Origin: Candidatus Bathyarchaeum tardum
GTDB lineage: Archaea > Thermoproteota > Bathyarchaeia > Bathyarchaeales > Bathyarchaeaceae
Assembly (NCBI GenBank): GCA_024650005.2
Contig: CP122380.1
Location: 896,001 to 960,000, forward strand
Direction: 5' to 3'
DNA length: 64,000 bases
Below are positions 25,062-34,464 of this stretch, one piece after another (within the stretch, counting starts at the first letter, position 1; each line of letters opens with the position of its first letter). The position numbers were made by a program, and so were the translations under genes. The notes beneath the pieces are model-generated. The model saw only the letters and a program-made list of their open reading frames with translations. It was not told the origin of the DNA and made no database searches.

Positions 25062-26108
25062 TTAGCGGCTGTTTCCGCCGCCCATGTTTCCAAAGCCACT
25101 GCCGTTTCCGGGCATGGTTTGTTTGCCGTTGAATCCTGGATGTTCAATCAACGAGTTGTCCATGTTTCTGATAACTTGACCGATTTCTTTCAAAGTTTCG
25201 ATTGCGTCTTTAACGTTTTTTGCATCTTGTGCATTTTGGATCATTTCTTGGAACTGTGCCATAAATTCTTCTTCATTTTGGTAACCTAACCTTTGAAGGA
25301 ATTCGTCAATATCTGCGACATTGTTCCATACTGTTCTGATTCTTTCCCGAACTCGTTCCCGGTGCTGGTATGCTTTCTCAATGTAGCTTCGTATTCGACC
25401 CCAGTTTAGGTCTTGAGCTATTCCCCTTAGATCCCTACAGACTTCACTGATCAATGCATTTGCATCTTGTAAGTTATCTCTTGCTCCTTCAATTTCATCT
25501 GGCAACATGTCAGTTGCTGCATTTAGTAAATCTTCGGCGTCAGCCAATTTTTGAAGCATTTCTTCATCAGCAAGTAAAGCTTGGAGTTCTGCTACTTTAG
25601 CTAATGAACGTTCTATAGCTTCTTGAAATGTTTCAGCATCGCATGCTGGGCACGGCTCTACACCAACGTCAAGTAGAATTCCATTAATTGCTCTAAGAAC
25701 ATCACGGAATATTTCTAAAGCCTCGCGGGCGTTGTCGATCACTTCTTCAAAGTCTTCGGTTTCTACTGCAACTAACAATCTTTCTTGGGCTGAGTTAAGT
25801 GCTTCCCATCCTTTGCCATTTTCAGTTGCTGCCACGCTGTTGACTATTGTTCCTTCTTCTACACAAAGGAAAACGTTTCCATAGAAATCATCATCTAATT
25901 CTGCGGCTACAATTAGCTCCATTATCGTGTCGTTTGCTTCGGTTGTTTGTATCAAGTCCAATACTGCATCTGAAGCGTTTTCTGCAATGTTCACCATTCT
26001 TTCAGCCTTGGTTTCTACGTTCTGAGCTGAGAAATATGCTGATGCCGGTGCAACCATTACAGCGACTGTTACTAAAATCATCAAGATGGCTATTTTTTTT
26101 GTTCTCAT
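25062..26108 (-). CDS. secreted helical protein
   Basis: Signal peptide, acidic helical repeats, Gly-rich tail. Confidence 0.7.
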   Translation of the reverse strand: MRTKKIAILMILVTVAVMVAPASAYFSAQNVETKAERMVNIAENASDAVLDLIQTTEANDTIMELIVAAELDDDFYGNVFLCVEEGTIVNSVAATENGKGWEALNSAQERLLVAVETEDFEEVIDNAREALEIFRDVLRAINGILLDVGVEPCPACDAETFQEAIERSLAKVAELQALLADEEMLQKLADAEDLLNAATDMLPDEIEGARDNLQDANALISEVCRDLRGIAQDLNWGRIRSYIEKAYQHRERVRERIRTVWNNVADIDEFLQRLGYQNEEEFMAQFQEMIQNAQDAKNVKDAIETLKEIGQVIRNMDNSLIEHPGFNGKQTMPGNGSGFGNMGGGNSR

Positions 26109-26276
26109 TGTTTTTTCACTACTAACATTACTGGTTAACGTTTAAGTTAAGGGACACTGCGGTATAGGCATTTCAAATGTTGAAACGCTCATTTCATGTT
26201 CATAGAATGCGAAACCGATTTATGTTTTTATCTAACCTTGCATTTACGTTAGATGCGAATAAAGGAAACCTGACTC

Positions 26277-27872
26277 ATGCCTGAAAAAATTATTGGACAC
26301 GGAACATGGTACGACAAAACTGCCCAAAAAATCGTGGAACGAGAACGCAAACTAGGTCGAAGCCTAGACCTAATCCGAACAGAAAGCGGCTTGGGGGCAT
26401 CTGGTTTTCCTCATATTGGCAGTTTTGCTGACTGCGCCCGTTCGTATGCGGTGGCTCTTGCCCTTCAAGATCAAGGCATCAACGCTGAGTATGTTGCCTT
26501 TGCTGACGACTTGGACGGTTTAAGAAAAGTTCCTGCAGGACTACCCGATTCTTTGAGTAAATATTTGGGTTATCCTGTTACTTCGATTCCTGACCTTTAC
26601 GGATGCCATGACAGTTTTGGCGAACACATGACCAGTCTGCTTTTAGAATCTTTGGACGAAAGTGGAATCAAATACACTTTCAAGTCTGCCAAAAAATCTT
26701 ATGAACAAGGCTTGTTTGTTGACCAAATTCGTGCCATATTGATGAACGCCCAACAAGTAGGTGAAATAGTAAAAGATGAAGTTGGCCAAGAAAAATTTGT
26801 TGATGTCCTTCCATATTTTCCGATTTGCAGTAAATGTGGTCGCATCTACACTACCAAAGCTCAAAAGTTTTTGCCTGACGAAAACAAGGTCCTGTACGCC
26901 TGTGAAGGACTAGAAGTGCGCGGAAACTATCTTGAAGGCTGTGGACATAAGGGCGAAGCAGACATTACCAAAGCTGAAGGAAAACTTGGCTGGAAAGTAG
27001 AGTTTGCTGCTCGCTGGAATGCGTTGGACATTCGGTTTGAGCCCTTTGGTAAAGACATTTCTGATTCTGTCCGGGTCAACGACCGTATATGCAAAGAAAT
27101 CTTTGATTGGGCTCCTCCTGCTCATGCCCGTTATGAAATGTATCTGGATAAGAGCGGAAAAAAAATCAGCAAATCTGCAGGGAATGTTTTCACTCCTCAG
27201 GTTTGGTTCCGGTATGGGTCTCCCCAGTCTTTGTTGTTATTAACTTTGAAGCGGTTTGTAGGCGCCAGAAGCCTTTCTGTTACTGACATTCCCCAGTACA
27301 TGAAAGAAATTGACGAACTAGAGGACGTTTACTTTGGTCGTAAGATTATTTCAGATGAGAAAGAGAAAGCAAAGCTTGTTGGTTTATACACTTATTGTAT
27401 GCTGTTTAATGTACCCAAGAAAATGAGTGAGCACGTGCCCTACAACCTGTTAACCTTTTTGGCGAAGATGGCTCCTGAATGTTCAGAAACCGAGTTTATC
27501 ATGGATAAGCTTCAAGGGTACAGATACGGAAAAGAAGGACTAACCGACGATCTTAAATGCAGAATCAATTACGCCCTTAACTGGTCTAAAGACTTCAACG
27601 AAATAACTGAACAAACCATCGAGTTAACAGAACAAGAAAAAACAGCCCTAAAAGAACTGGTTCCAGTATTAAATGCTGACGCAACAGAAGACGAAATCCA
27701 AACAGGTATATTCAATGTTGCACGAAATAACGACATTAAACCTGGAAAATTCTTCAAAGTATTGTACAAGATTCTTTTGGGTGCTCCGCAAGGTCCACGC
27801 CTTGGTCCATACGTTCTTGCCATGGGAAAAGAAAACGTAATTGATGCCCTAAAACGAGCAATAAAAGAATAA
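26277..27872 (+). CDS. lysS: lysine--tRNA ligase, class I
   Basis: SGLGASGFPHIG (HIGH), DGLRKVP, WKVEFAARW, KISKSAGN (KMSKS), GPRLG. Confidence 0.97.
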   Translation: MPEKIIGHGTWYDKTAQKIVERERKLGRSLDLIRTESGLGASGFPHIGSFADCARSYAVALALQDQGINAEYVAFADDLDGLRKVPAGLPDSLSKYLGYPVTSIPDLYGCHDSFGEHMTSLLLESLDESGIKYTFKSAKKSYEQGLFVDQIRAILMNAQQVGEIVKDEVGQEKFVDVLPYFPICSKCGRIYTTKAQKFLPDENKVLYACEGLEVRGNYLEGCGHKGEADITKAEGKLGWKVEFAARWNALDIRFEPFGKDISDSVRVNDRICKEIFDWAPPAHARYEMYLDKSGKKISKSAGNVFTPQVWFRYGSPQSLLLLTLKRFVGARSLSVTDIPQYMKEIDELEDVYFGRKIISDEKEKAKLVGLYTYCMLFNVPKKMSEHVPYNLLTFLAKMAPECSETEFIMDKLQGYRYGKEGLTDDLKCRINYALNWSKDFNEITEQTIELTEQEKTALKELVPVLNADATEDEIQTGIFNVARNNDIKPGKFFKVLYKILLGAPQGPRLGPYVLAMGKENVIDALKRAIKE

Positions 27873-27917
27873 TCTAAAATTCTTGAATTCCAAATTATTT
27901 TAAGAAGCAAATCACGT

Positions 27918-27992
27918 GCGGTCGTAGTCTAGCGGTTAGGACCCCGGCTTCCCAAGCCGGGTACTCGGGTTCAAATCCCGGCGGCCGCACCA
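27918..27992 (+). tRNA. tRNA-Gly(CCC) with encoded CCA
   Basis: GCGGTCG acceptor stem, anticodon stem CCGGC/GCCGG with loop TTCCCAA, T-loop TTCAAAT, ACCA end. Confidence 0.96.
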
Positions 27993-27994
27993 CT
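27977..27994 (+). repeat. att site (tRNA-proximal)
   Basis: CCCGGCGGCCGCACCACT, the tRNA 3' end. Confidence 0.9.
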
Positions 27995-28075
27995 CTAAAA
28001 GCGAATACGTACCATTCTGTACTTTTTCACCTTCCCCTCTTTTTTTGTTTAATGGAATTTTTGGAGCACTAAATT

Positions 28076-28198
28076 ATGAGTAATCAGAAGATTTCTTGTG
28101 AAGGCTGCGGATCCAAATGGGCTGTGATCGGTGTTGGTAATCAGATCTTAGCTAGGCTTGTTGAGTGCCCTTTGTGTTCTGAAGAAAAGTTGACTTGA
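28076..28198 (+). CDS. 40-aa zinc-finger protein (not in ORF track)
   Basis: MSNQKISCEGCGSKWAVIGVGNQILARLVECPLCSEEKLT*, two CxxC motifs, GGAG upstream. Confidence 0.6.
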   Translation: MSNQKISCEGCGSKWAVIGVGNQILARLVECPLCSEEKLT

Positions 28199-28220
28199 TT
28201 TTCTAGAGGAGTCTTCTATT

Positions 28221-29147
28221 TTGACTCGTAAGACAGGAAAAAGACAGGTTCAACGTGTTAAACGAGTTAAACACGATTTTTTAACTCTAGCAGATGCAGT
28301 TCCTCTCACAAAGAAGGGCTTGCAGATTTTGAAGTTGTTGGGGGCAGGAAATCCGGCAATTAAAGTAGCAAATATTGTTGGTTGTAGTCGTTCTAATGTT
28401 TGTTATTGGAAAAACAAGTTCCTAACTATGGGGGCAATTAAGCTTCAGGTTCGAGATGCTGTTCATATTTATTGTCTTACGCCTTATGGTTCAAAGGTTC
28501 TCACTACGGGTGAGGGCTACTTTCCTGAAGTTTGCTGTCTAGAAGATTATGCGATAAAGTTTGAAGTCAAAGAATGGGAACATGTTCCCTTGAATTGGAA
28601 AAGGTTAGGTCGTCCAAGGAACTGGGAAAAACTAGGAGTAAAAATTGGCAACGTCCGAGTGGTACGGACGAGTAAGAGTGTTATTGTTCATCCTGGACGG
28701 TTACGCGGCTTTGATGTAGACGAGTTGCTAATGCTTAGTGGAAGAATAGTGGAAAGAGTTCGTATCGTTTTAGAGAACAGGTTTGGTTTAGTTCTAAGCG
28801 AAGTTGGGGTTCCGTTGCATCAGCCAATTACAAGATTTTATAGTGAAGAAGCAGGAGGACTCGTTAAATTAGGAACAACCATAGTCGAAAACGTAGGATC
28901 CATAGACAACAGTCCGCCTGAACGGGTTCCTCATGAAGAGTATGTTGGAAAAGATTTAGCCAAAGCGAGGTTGTTGATGCCTTTGAAGTTGTCTCGGCTT
29001 GAGCAGCGAGTTGAAGATATTGAAAAAAAACTTACAAAATTAAGTGAGAACGTAGATGAACTGGTTTCTGTACTAAAGACCGCTTTAATACCTATATTCA
29101 AGGGAGAATATTCTTTGCCCTTAAAGGATGAGCGGCATATTTCTTGA
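28221..29147 (+). CDS. HTH-containing element protein, function unknown
   Basis: N-terminal HTH AIKVANIVGCSRSNVCYWKNKF with wing YCLTPYG; C-terminal coiled coil. Confidence 0.75.
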   Translation: MTRKTGKRQVQRVKRVKHDFLTLADAVPLTKKGLQILKLLGAGNPAIKVANIVGCSRSNVCYWKNKFLTMGAIKLQVRDAVHIYCLTPYGSKVLTTGEGYFPEVCCLEDYAIKFEVKEWEHVPLNWKRLGRPRNWEKLGVKIGNVRVVRTSKSVIVHPGRLRGFDVDELLMLSGRIVERVRIVLENRFGLVLSEVGVPLHQPITRFYSEEAGGLVKLGTTIVENVGSIDNSPPERVPHEEYVGKDLAKARLLMPLKLSRLEQRVEDIEKKLTKLSENVDELVSVLKTALIPIFKGEYSLPLKDERHIS

Positions 29148-29170
29148 TTGTTTTTTCTACATTTAATTAA

Positions 29171-30109
29171 CTATTCAGATGCTTTTTCTGCTATTTTTTG
29201 GATAATTTTTTGTAGAGTTAGTTTGAGTTTTTCAAGGAACTGGAAAAAGTCTTTCTCGTCAATATATTGCAACAACAGCTCTTTTTCTTCACCCCATCTG
29301 AAAAGTGGAAATGTTCCTAGTTCTTTTTTGTTTTCGAAATTCTTTCTGTATTTTTTATACAATTCTAGCATGAACTTTGTTTTACAAACAATTGAATCAA
29401 TCATTTCTTCTATGTCAATTCTGTATCTTTTTGAAATGAGGTAAACATCAAGAAAATCTCGTGCTTTGGTTCCCTGCCGTATAAGTATAGACCGAATTTT
29501 CTCGCAAAAAATTTCTTTGATATCATAAACATCAACGGTTATTTTATGCAAATAATCCTCATATTCTGGAAACATCAATAGCAACTCTTCGTTTTGTTCT
29601 GTCAGCAATGATTTCAGTTCTGCCTTCTTAGAAGTAAGAAGTAGTTTTTCAACAAAATTTATCTGAACCTTCATGAAACTTTCGCGGTCAAGTACCTCAG
29701 ATGTGTACCAGATTTTGAAGGTACAGAATTTGTTTCCGCCGCCCAGTTCTACAAATTTTGTGTTATTTTTTGCGCATTTAAAATTAAGGTCGCGTTTAGC
29801 TGATATTTTTTCGAACAGCTCTCCGAGGTTATCAATAATTTTGGACAAGGTTCGTCGGATCTCTTTTTGGGATTTGCCCTGCAAGATTGTCTGGTTTTTC
29901 CAAGTGAAATCTATGTCTTCTGAAAATCGGTAATATCCCAGATAATGTTTTATGAGGCAAGTTCCACCTTTGAAGACGAAGTTTTCAGAAAAGAATTTGT
30001 CGTTTGAGAGGTCAGACAGTATCTGGTGGAGGATGAGGTCTTTTTCTATCATGTCTACTCTTTTTATCTTTTGGATTCTGCTTACTTGGTTAACAAAATC
30101 TTTTCTCAT
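29171..30109 (-). CDS. abiEii: AbiEii-family nucleotidyltransferase toxin
   Basis: IEKD, FKGGTCL...YRFSEDIDF, EKIR, KARDFLD. Confidence 0.92.
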   Translation of the reverse strand: MRKDFVNQVSRIQKIKRVDMIEKDLILHQILSDLSNDKFFSENFVFKGGTCLIKHYLGYYRFSEDIDFTWKNQTILQGKSQKEIRRTLSKIIDNLGELFEKISAKRDLNFKCAKNNTKFVELGGGNKFCTFKIWYTSEVLDRESFMKVQINFVEKLLLTSKKAELKSLLTEQNEELLLMFPEYEDYLHKITVDVYDIKEIFCEKIRSILIRQGTKARDFLDVYLISKRYRIDIEEMIDSIVCKTKFMLELYKKYRKNFENKKELGTFPLFRWGEEKELLLQYIDEKDFFQFLEKLKLTLQKIIQKIAEKASE

Positions 30110-30753
30110 CTGACTACCTCACATGTTATGTCTTGTATAGTCTTGGGATAATTCTTAGAGTATTCCTTGATTTTGAGTTTTGACAGGTTCTTAGACCATT
30201 CTGAGATGTCGGAAACTATTTTTTCTTTAGGGATTCCGTTATATGTCCACCTATACATGAAGTCCAGAATTGTTTTTTCCGGATCAGAATATGTAATTTT
30301 GTTCTTGATTATGCCAAATCGAATGAGGGATGACTTTAGTTTCACAAATTTGAATTTGTAGCCAGCTATGTTTATTGGTTTGGCGCGAAAGATTTTGTCG
30401 CTGACCACATAGTCTATTGTGAAATGTTCATAGGTCATGTTATTGAGTTTAAGAGCGGTGTTTAGTCCGAAATACCAGTTTTTTACTTGTTTTAATTCCA
30501 GTCCTTTGGCGACCAGTTCTAGGTGATTGTATTTGGTTTTCCCTAGTTTAAGTTCATCTAGAGATTTGACGTAGAAGATTCCTTTGAAAATTCTTGTCAA
30601 GTGCCCGCGTGAAACAAAATGCCCTATAGCAGATTTGTAATTTAGGTTCATTTTTCTGCACAAGGCTTTAAGATCTTCAGAGGTAACAAATTCTTTGTTG
30701 TCTCTTCTGAGCTTTTTAAGAAGCAGGCTTTCTTTCATATTACAATACACCAT
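30106..30753 (-). CDS. AbiEi-family antitoxin / transcriptional regulator
   Basis: wHTH ending LTRIFKGIFYV, YFGLNTAL, SDPEKTILD; 4-nt overlap with abiEii. Confidence 0.85.
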   Translation of the reverse strand: MVYCNMKESLLLKKLRRDNKEFVTSEDLKALCRKMNLNYKSAIGHFVSRGHLTRIFKGIFYVKSLDELKLGKTKYNHLELVAKGLELKQVKNWYFGLNTALKLNNMTYEHFTIDYVVSDKIFRAKPINIAGYKFKFVKLKSSLIRFGIIKNKITYSDPEKTILDFMYRWTYNGIPKEKIVSDISEWSKNLSKLKIKEYSKNYPKTIQDITCEVVR

Positions 30754-30798
30754 TTTTGGTTTGTTATGATATATATCATAAAACCATTATTTAAAGCA

Positions 30799-31101
30799 AT
30801 CAGCCACTTACCATGGTTTTACAGTGAAGAAGCAGGAGAACTAGTTAAACTAGGAACAACCATAGTCGAAGACGTAGGATCCATCGACAACAGTCTCCCC
30901 GAACGTGTACCCCACGAAGAATACATAGGAAAAGATCTAGCCAAAGCAAGACTACTAATGCCCCTAAAAATATTCGAGCTCCAAAAGCAAGTTCAGGACC
31001 TGCAAAATGACATGCAGCAGCTGGTTCAGGTTCTAAAGGAAGCCATAGTACCTAGGGATACTCATTCAGTTTCTTTGAAAGATAGGAACTATATTTCTTG
31101 A
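30799..31101 (+). pseudogene. divergent duplicate of the 3' third of ORF 28221..29147
   Basis: FYSEEAGELVKLGTTIVEDVGSIDNSLPERVPHEEYIGKDLAKARLLMPLK..LKDRNYIS* matches 28819-29147. Confidence 0.85.
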
Positions 31102-31106
31102 ATGGT

Positions 31107-31754
31107 TCACAGTTTGGCTTTTGTTAGGAGTTTTTCTACGAATATTGATAACGTTTCTATGCTTGGGAAATCATCTACGGTTTCAGCTGACAAGTTGATT
31201 TGAATGGTTGCTATTTCTTCGTCTTCATCAAGCATTGATGTCTCAAAAGTATCTAGTTCTGCATAGTCTTCGGTTTCTGGGCAATCAGCTTTTTCAATTA
31301 GTTTTCTTAGTTTTTCGATATTGATTTTTTCAGTCTCTACATATGAACTAGCGAGGATAGAAGGACCCCCAGATTCTAACCAAATATTAAATTCGTCGAT
31401 ATGCAAGTTGCAGTCTTTATGGGCATTGAAGCTTATCGATAAACTGTTATCATCAATGTCAAATTCCATGTCATTCAGCAAATAGAGACCCTTAACGCCC
31501 AGTTTGTCCAGTATGGGATTGAATAGGTTATCAATTGCATTGCGTCCAGCATAAAACACAGAATAAATTGCTGAGGTTAGATCTATTGGAACTTTAGATT
31601 CTTTTCGAATAGTTTTGATGCTGTGTGATTCCGTTGAAACTGCATTAATAACATCCAATATTACTTGGTTAACATCCCTATTGTATAATTGTCCCAAAGA
31701 AGAAAGCTCTTCATAATCCTTCTCAGGAAGATCCAAAGATATTTTCTTAGTCAT
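31107..31754 (-). CDS. hypothetical protein with N-terminal ribbon-helix-helix-like segment
   Basis: KKISLDLPEKDYEEL start; acidic C-terminal domain. Confidence 0.65.
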   Translation of the reverse strand: MTKKISLDLPEKDYEELSSLGQLYNRDVNQVILDVINAVSTESHSIKTIRKESKVPIDLTSAIYSVFYAGRNAIDNLFNPILDKLGVKGLYLLNDMEFDIDDNSLSISFNAHKDCNLHIDEFNIWLESGGPSILASSYVETEKINIEKLRKLIEKADCPETEDYAELDTFETSMLDEDEEIATIQINLSAETVDDFPSIETLSIFVEKLLTKAKL

Positions 31755-31851
31755 AACTTAAGCTATCAAAAGATTTAGTTAAAAGATTTTCAGCCAATAA
31801 GACATAGTAATTTGGTGAACATGTGTTTTAGCAATAACTGAACTTTTGAGG

Positions 31852-33570
31852 CTATTTTTGGAGTTTAGGTGCACATCTATCAAAGGCAAATTTTAGACAT
31901 TTTTCAAGCTCTGCTATATTGGACGGATTATTGATTTTTGGGTACGAAGTGAGAACATCTAGCCGACTGTCAAATACTCTTTCCCTTGAAGCATTAACTA
32001 TTTTTTCTCCCATTAGGTGCCGGAGAGCCTCCCATATTTGGAAATATTTGTTTGTAACAATAACAGCGTCTAATCCTCTATAATCAAAGCTTTCAATTCC
32101 TCTTAATTCAAAATATATCCAATAATTGAAGAGTATTCCCACGTCTAAACTAAGCAAGGGTCCATACTCTTTCCACTTTTGAATTAATTCTTCGCTTAAT
32201 GGGTTACAAAAATGTGGACTCCAATTTTGGATATTTGGAACTGCTAATGGTTTGTAGCGATTTGAACAGGGTAAGTTTAGCCACTCGCAGAGGTCTTTTG
32301 CTAAAAGAACAAGATTTTGTTTTTGATTTTCAGAAAAAAGGCTCGCATAGAAAGTGCCTTCAATCATTAAATCTAGAGCATTCAAAGATTCCCTTAAGTA
32401 TGATCCAATGTTGTCTGAATTTAGAGTCAATTGTTTATGTTTAGCTATTACATCTTCAAATCTTCTTTTTGATCTTGAATAGAAATCTTCAGGGTTTGTT
32501 GCTTCTATTCGGCGCGACACTGGATGCCAAACCCATGAAACGTGTCCAAGCCTCATTAATTCAGGATTGATTAGAAAATCGATGCTCTCATCTTCTCCCT
32601 TTCTCTGGGTTAGCCATTTTGGCAAAGGATTGTGAAGTCTTCGAGCGAAATACCATAATCTTCGTCTAGCAGCATCGTCCAGTTTATAGTTTTCAAGTTT
32701 TGGAATTACTGCACCTGTGCGATTCAAGTCACCTATGGCTAACAGATTTCCTTGGGTGTCAAATATTTCATAACGAGTTGCTCCATTCCAATTATGAGGA
32801 ATATCAAAAATTAGTTTTCCATTTTTGATTATCGCTTCTATCATAAAATCTAAACCGTAAAGGCGAACTCTAACTGGTGTTCCGTCTTGGAGTCCTGGAC
32901 ATGCTATTATTCCTTCTCGAATTGAATTTTCATACCCCCATTTTGCTACCAGAATGTTTTGTTCTTTAGGTTTTTCTTGTTCTTCATCTTCAGAAAAATG
33001 AATGTCTGCCCAACTAACTTCAGTTAAACCTACTGATTTGTCGAAGAGTTGAGTCCAATTCCAATTTGCGGAAGGAGGAATAAGACAGGCTGCTTCTACG
33101 TTTCCGCCATCTTTTGCACTTTTAGTGAGGGCTGCCTCAGTGAAGTTGGGGCTTCCATAAAGTGTCCAATCTCCCTCATCTGTATGGAAAATGTAGATTT
33201 TTGCGTGTAGGGGTCTATGTCCGTCTGTTTCAATTTTTTTGATTTGAAATTGTTGGTAAGCTGATTTTGCGTCTACATTTACTGAGAATCGTGAAGGATC
33301 AATTATGAACATGGCTTTCTTATCAAAGAGGTTAAGGGTTTTTTCTATAAAGTAGCTGTTGGATGAGTGAGTGGGAGCAATTATTGTGATTTGGTTAGTT
33401 GATGGTATTTGCTCTATTACCTGAGTCAAGATTGGTCTTTTGAATGAGTGAAGAAATGTGTGGTTGCATTGTTCTGTTTTTCCTGGTTCAATGGTTTTAA
33501 TGTAATCGATTAGGTTTAGAATTTCGTTTTTCGGTGTTGGATCTGTGGGTATGCATTCGGTTAATCCTTG
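31852..33570 (-). pseudogene. 5'-truncated phospholipase D-family (HKD) nuclease protein
   Basis: LHAKIYIF...LYGSPNFT...GNVEA motif; the ORF-track N-terminus (33570-33753) is the antisense of the terminase fragment. Confidence 0.7.
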
Positions 33571-34306
33571 GAGTAAATCTTTCATGGAGAAGATTAAGCG
33601 CCAATTCGGCGAGGATCCAATGCGCTGGAGAAGGGAAATGGAAGCAGAATGGGCAGAAGATGAAGATACCTGGCTGCCGATGTCGCTGATAGCTAGTTGC
33701 ATTGGAACAGAGAAAAACTGTGGAGAAGATCTGCAGCCGTGGGATACAAGCAAAGGTTATAGTGGAGAACTGTTTGCTGGTTTGGATCTTGCTCAGACCC
33801 GTGATTATTGTGTTTTAGCAGTTTCTGAAAGAGTAAATGACAGGTTATTTTTGCGCCATTTGAAGGTGTTCCAGCAGCCTACAAAGTATGCGACTGTGAT
33901 TGGGTATTTGAGGGCGTTGCAGGACAGGTGGGAGGGTTTTCAAAGAGTTAGAGTTGACAACACTCGAGAAGGTACTTCGATTATTTCGGATATGGAAGAG
34001 GCTGGAATCAACAACGTAGAGGGAGTTACTTTCAATACTTCCCGTAAAAGCGAGATGGCCAGCTTGCTCAAAGAGCGGATGATGACTCAAAGATTCTTCT
34101 ATCCGTTTCTGACTTGGGAAAGACCCTATCGAGGAGATATCTGCAGCGAAATGAATATTGAACGCTTTGAGCTGCGCAGGGATGGCGCCCTTAGTTTTAG
34201 TCATCCTCATGGGACACATGACGATGTGTGGTGGGCAGTTGGCCTTTCAGTTTATGCTACTATTGAAATGAAAAAACTGGAGCTAGAAGCGTTTGCCTTC
34301 GGGTAG
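33570..34306 (+). pseudogene. terminase large subunit, C-terminal RNase H-like nuclease domain only
   Basis: RWRREMEAEW, AGLDLAQTRDYCVL, VDNTREG, HDDVWWAVGL; ATPase domain missing. Confidence 0.8.
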
Positions 34307-34314
34307 GTGAGGAT

Positions 34315-34464
34315 GTGTTGATTGATTTGATTAATTTTGTTGTTGGTTGTTTGGCTAGTTTCGCTCTGGGTTTGGCAGCTCACAGCATCTATCTGCATGA
34401 GAAAAAACGTCACGGTTGGAAGTTTCCATGGGACCATAACGAAGACAAGGAGAAAGAAGAATGA
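34315..34464 (+). CDS. 49-aa single-TM protein (not in ORF track)
   Basis: MLIDLINFVVGCLASFALGLAAHSIYLHEKKRHGWKFPWDHNEDKEKEE*; GGTGAGG SD; ATGA overlap with the next gene. Confidence 0.6.
   Translation: MLIDLINFVVGCLASFALGLAAHSIYLHEKKRHGWKFPWDHNEDKEKEE

Noticed and set aside
33570-33753. N-terminal extension of the 633-aa PLD ORF
   Set aside because: It is the antisense of the terminase fragment
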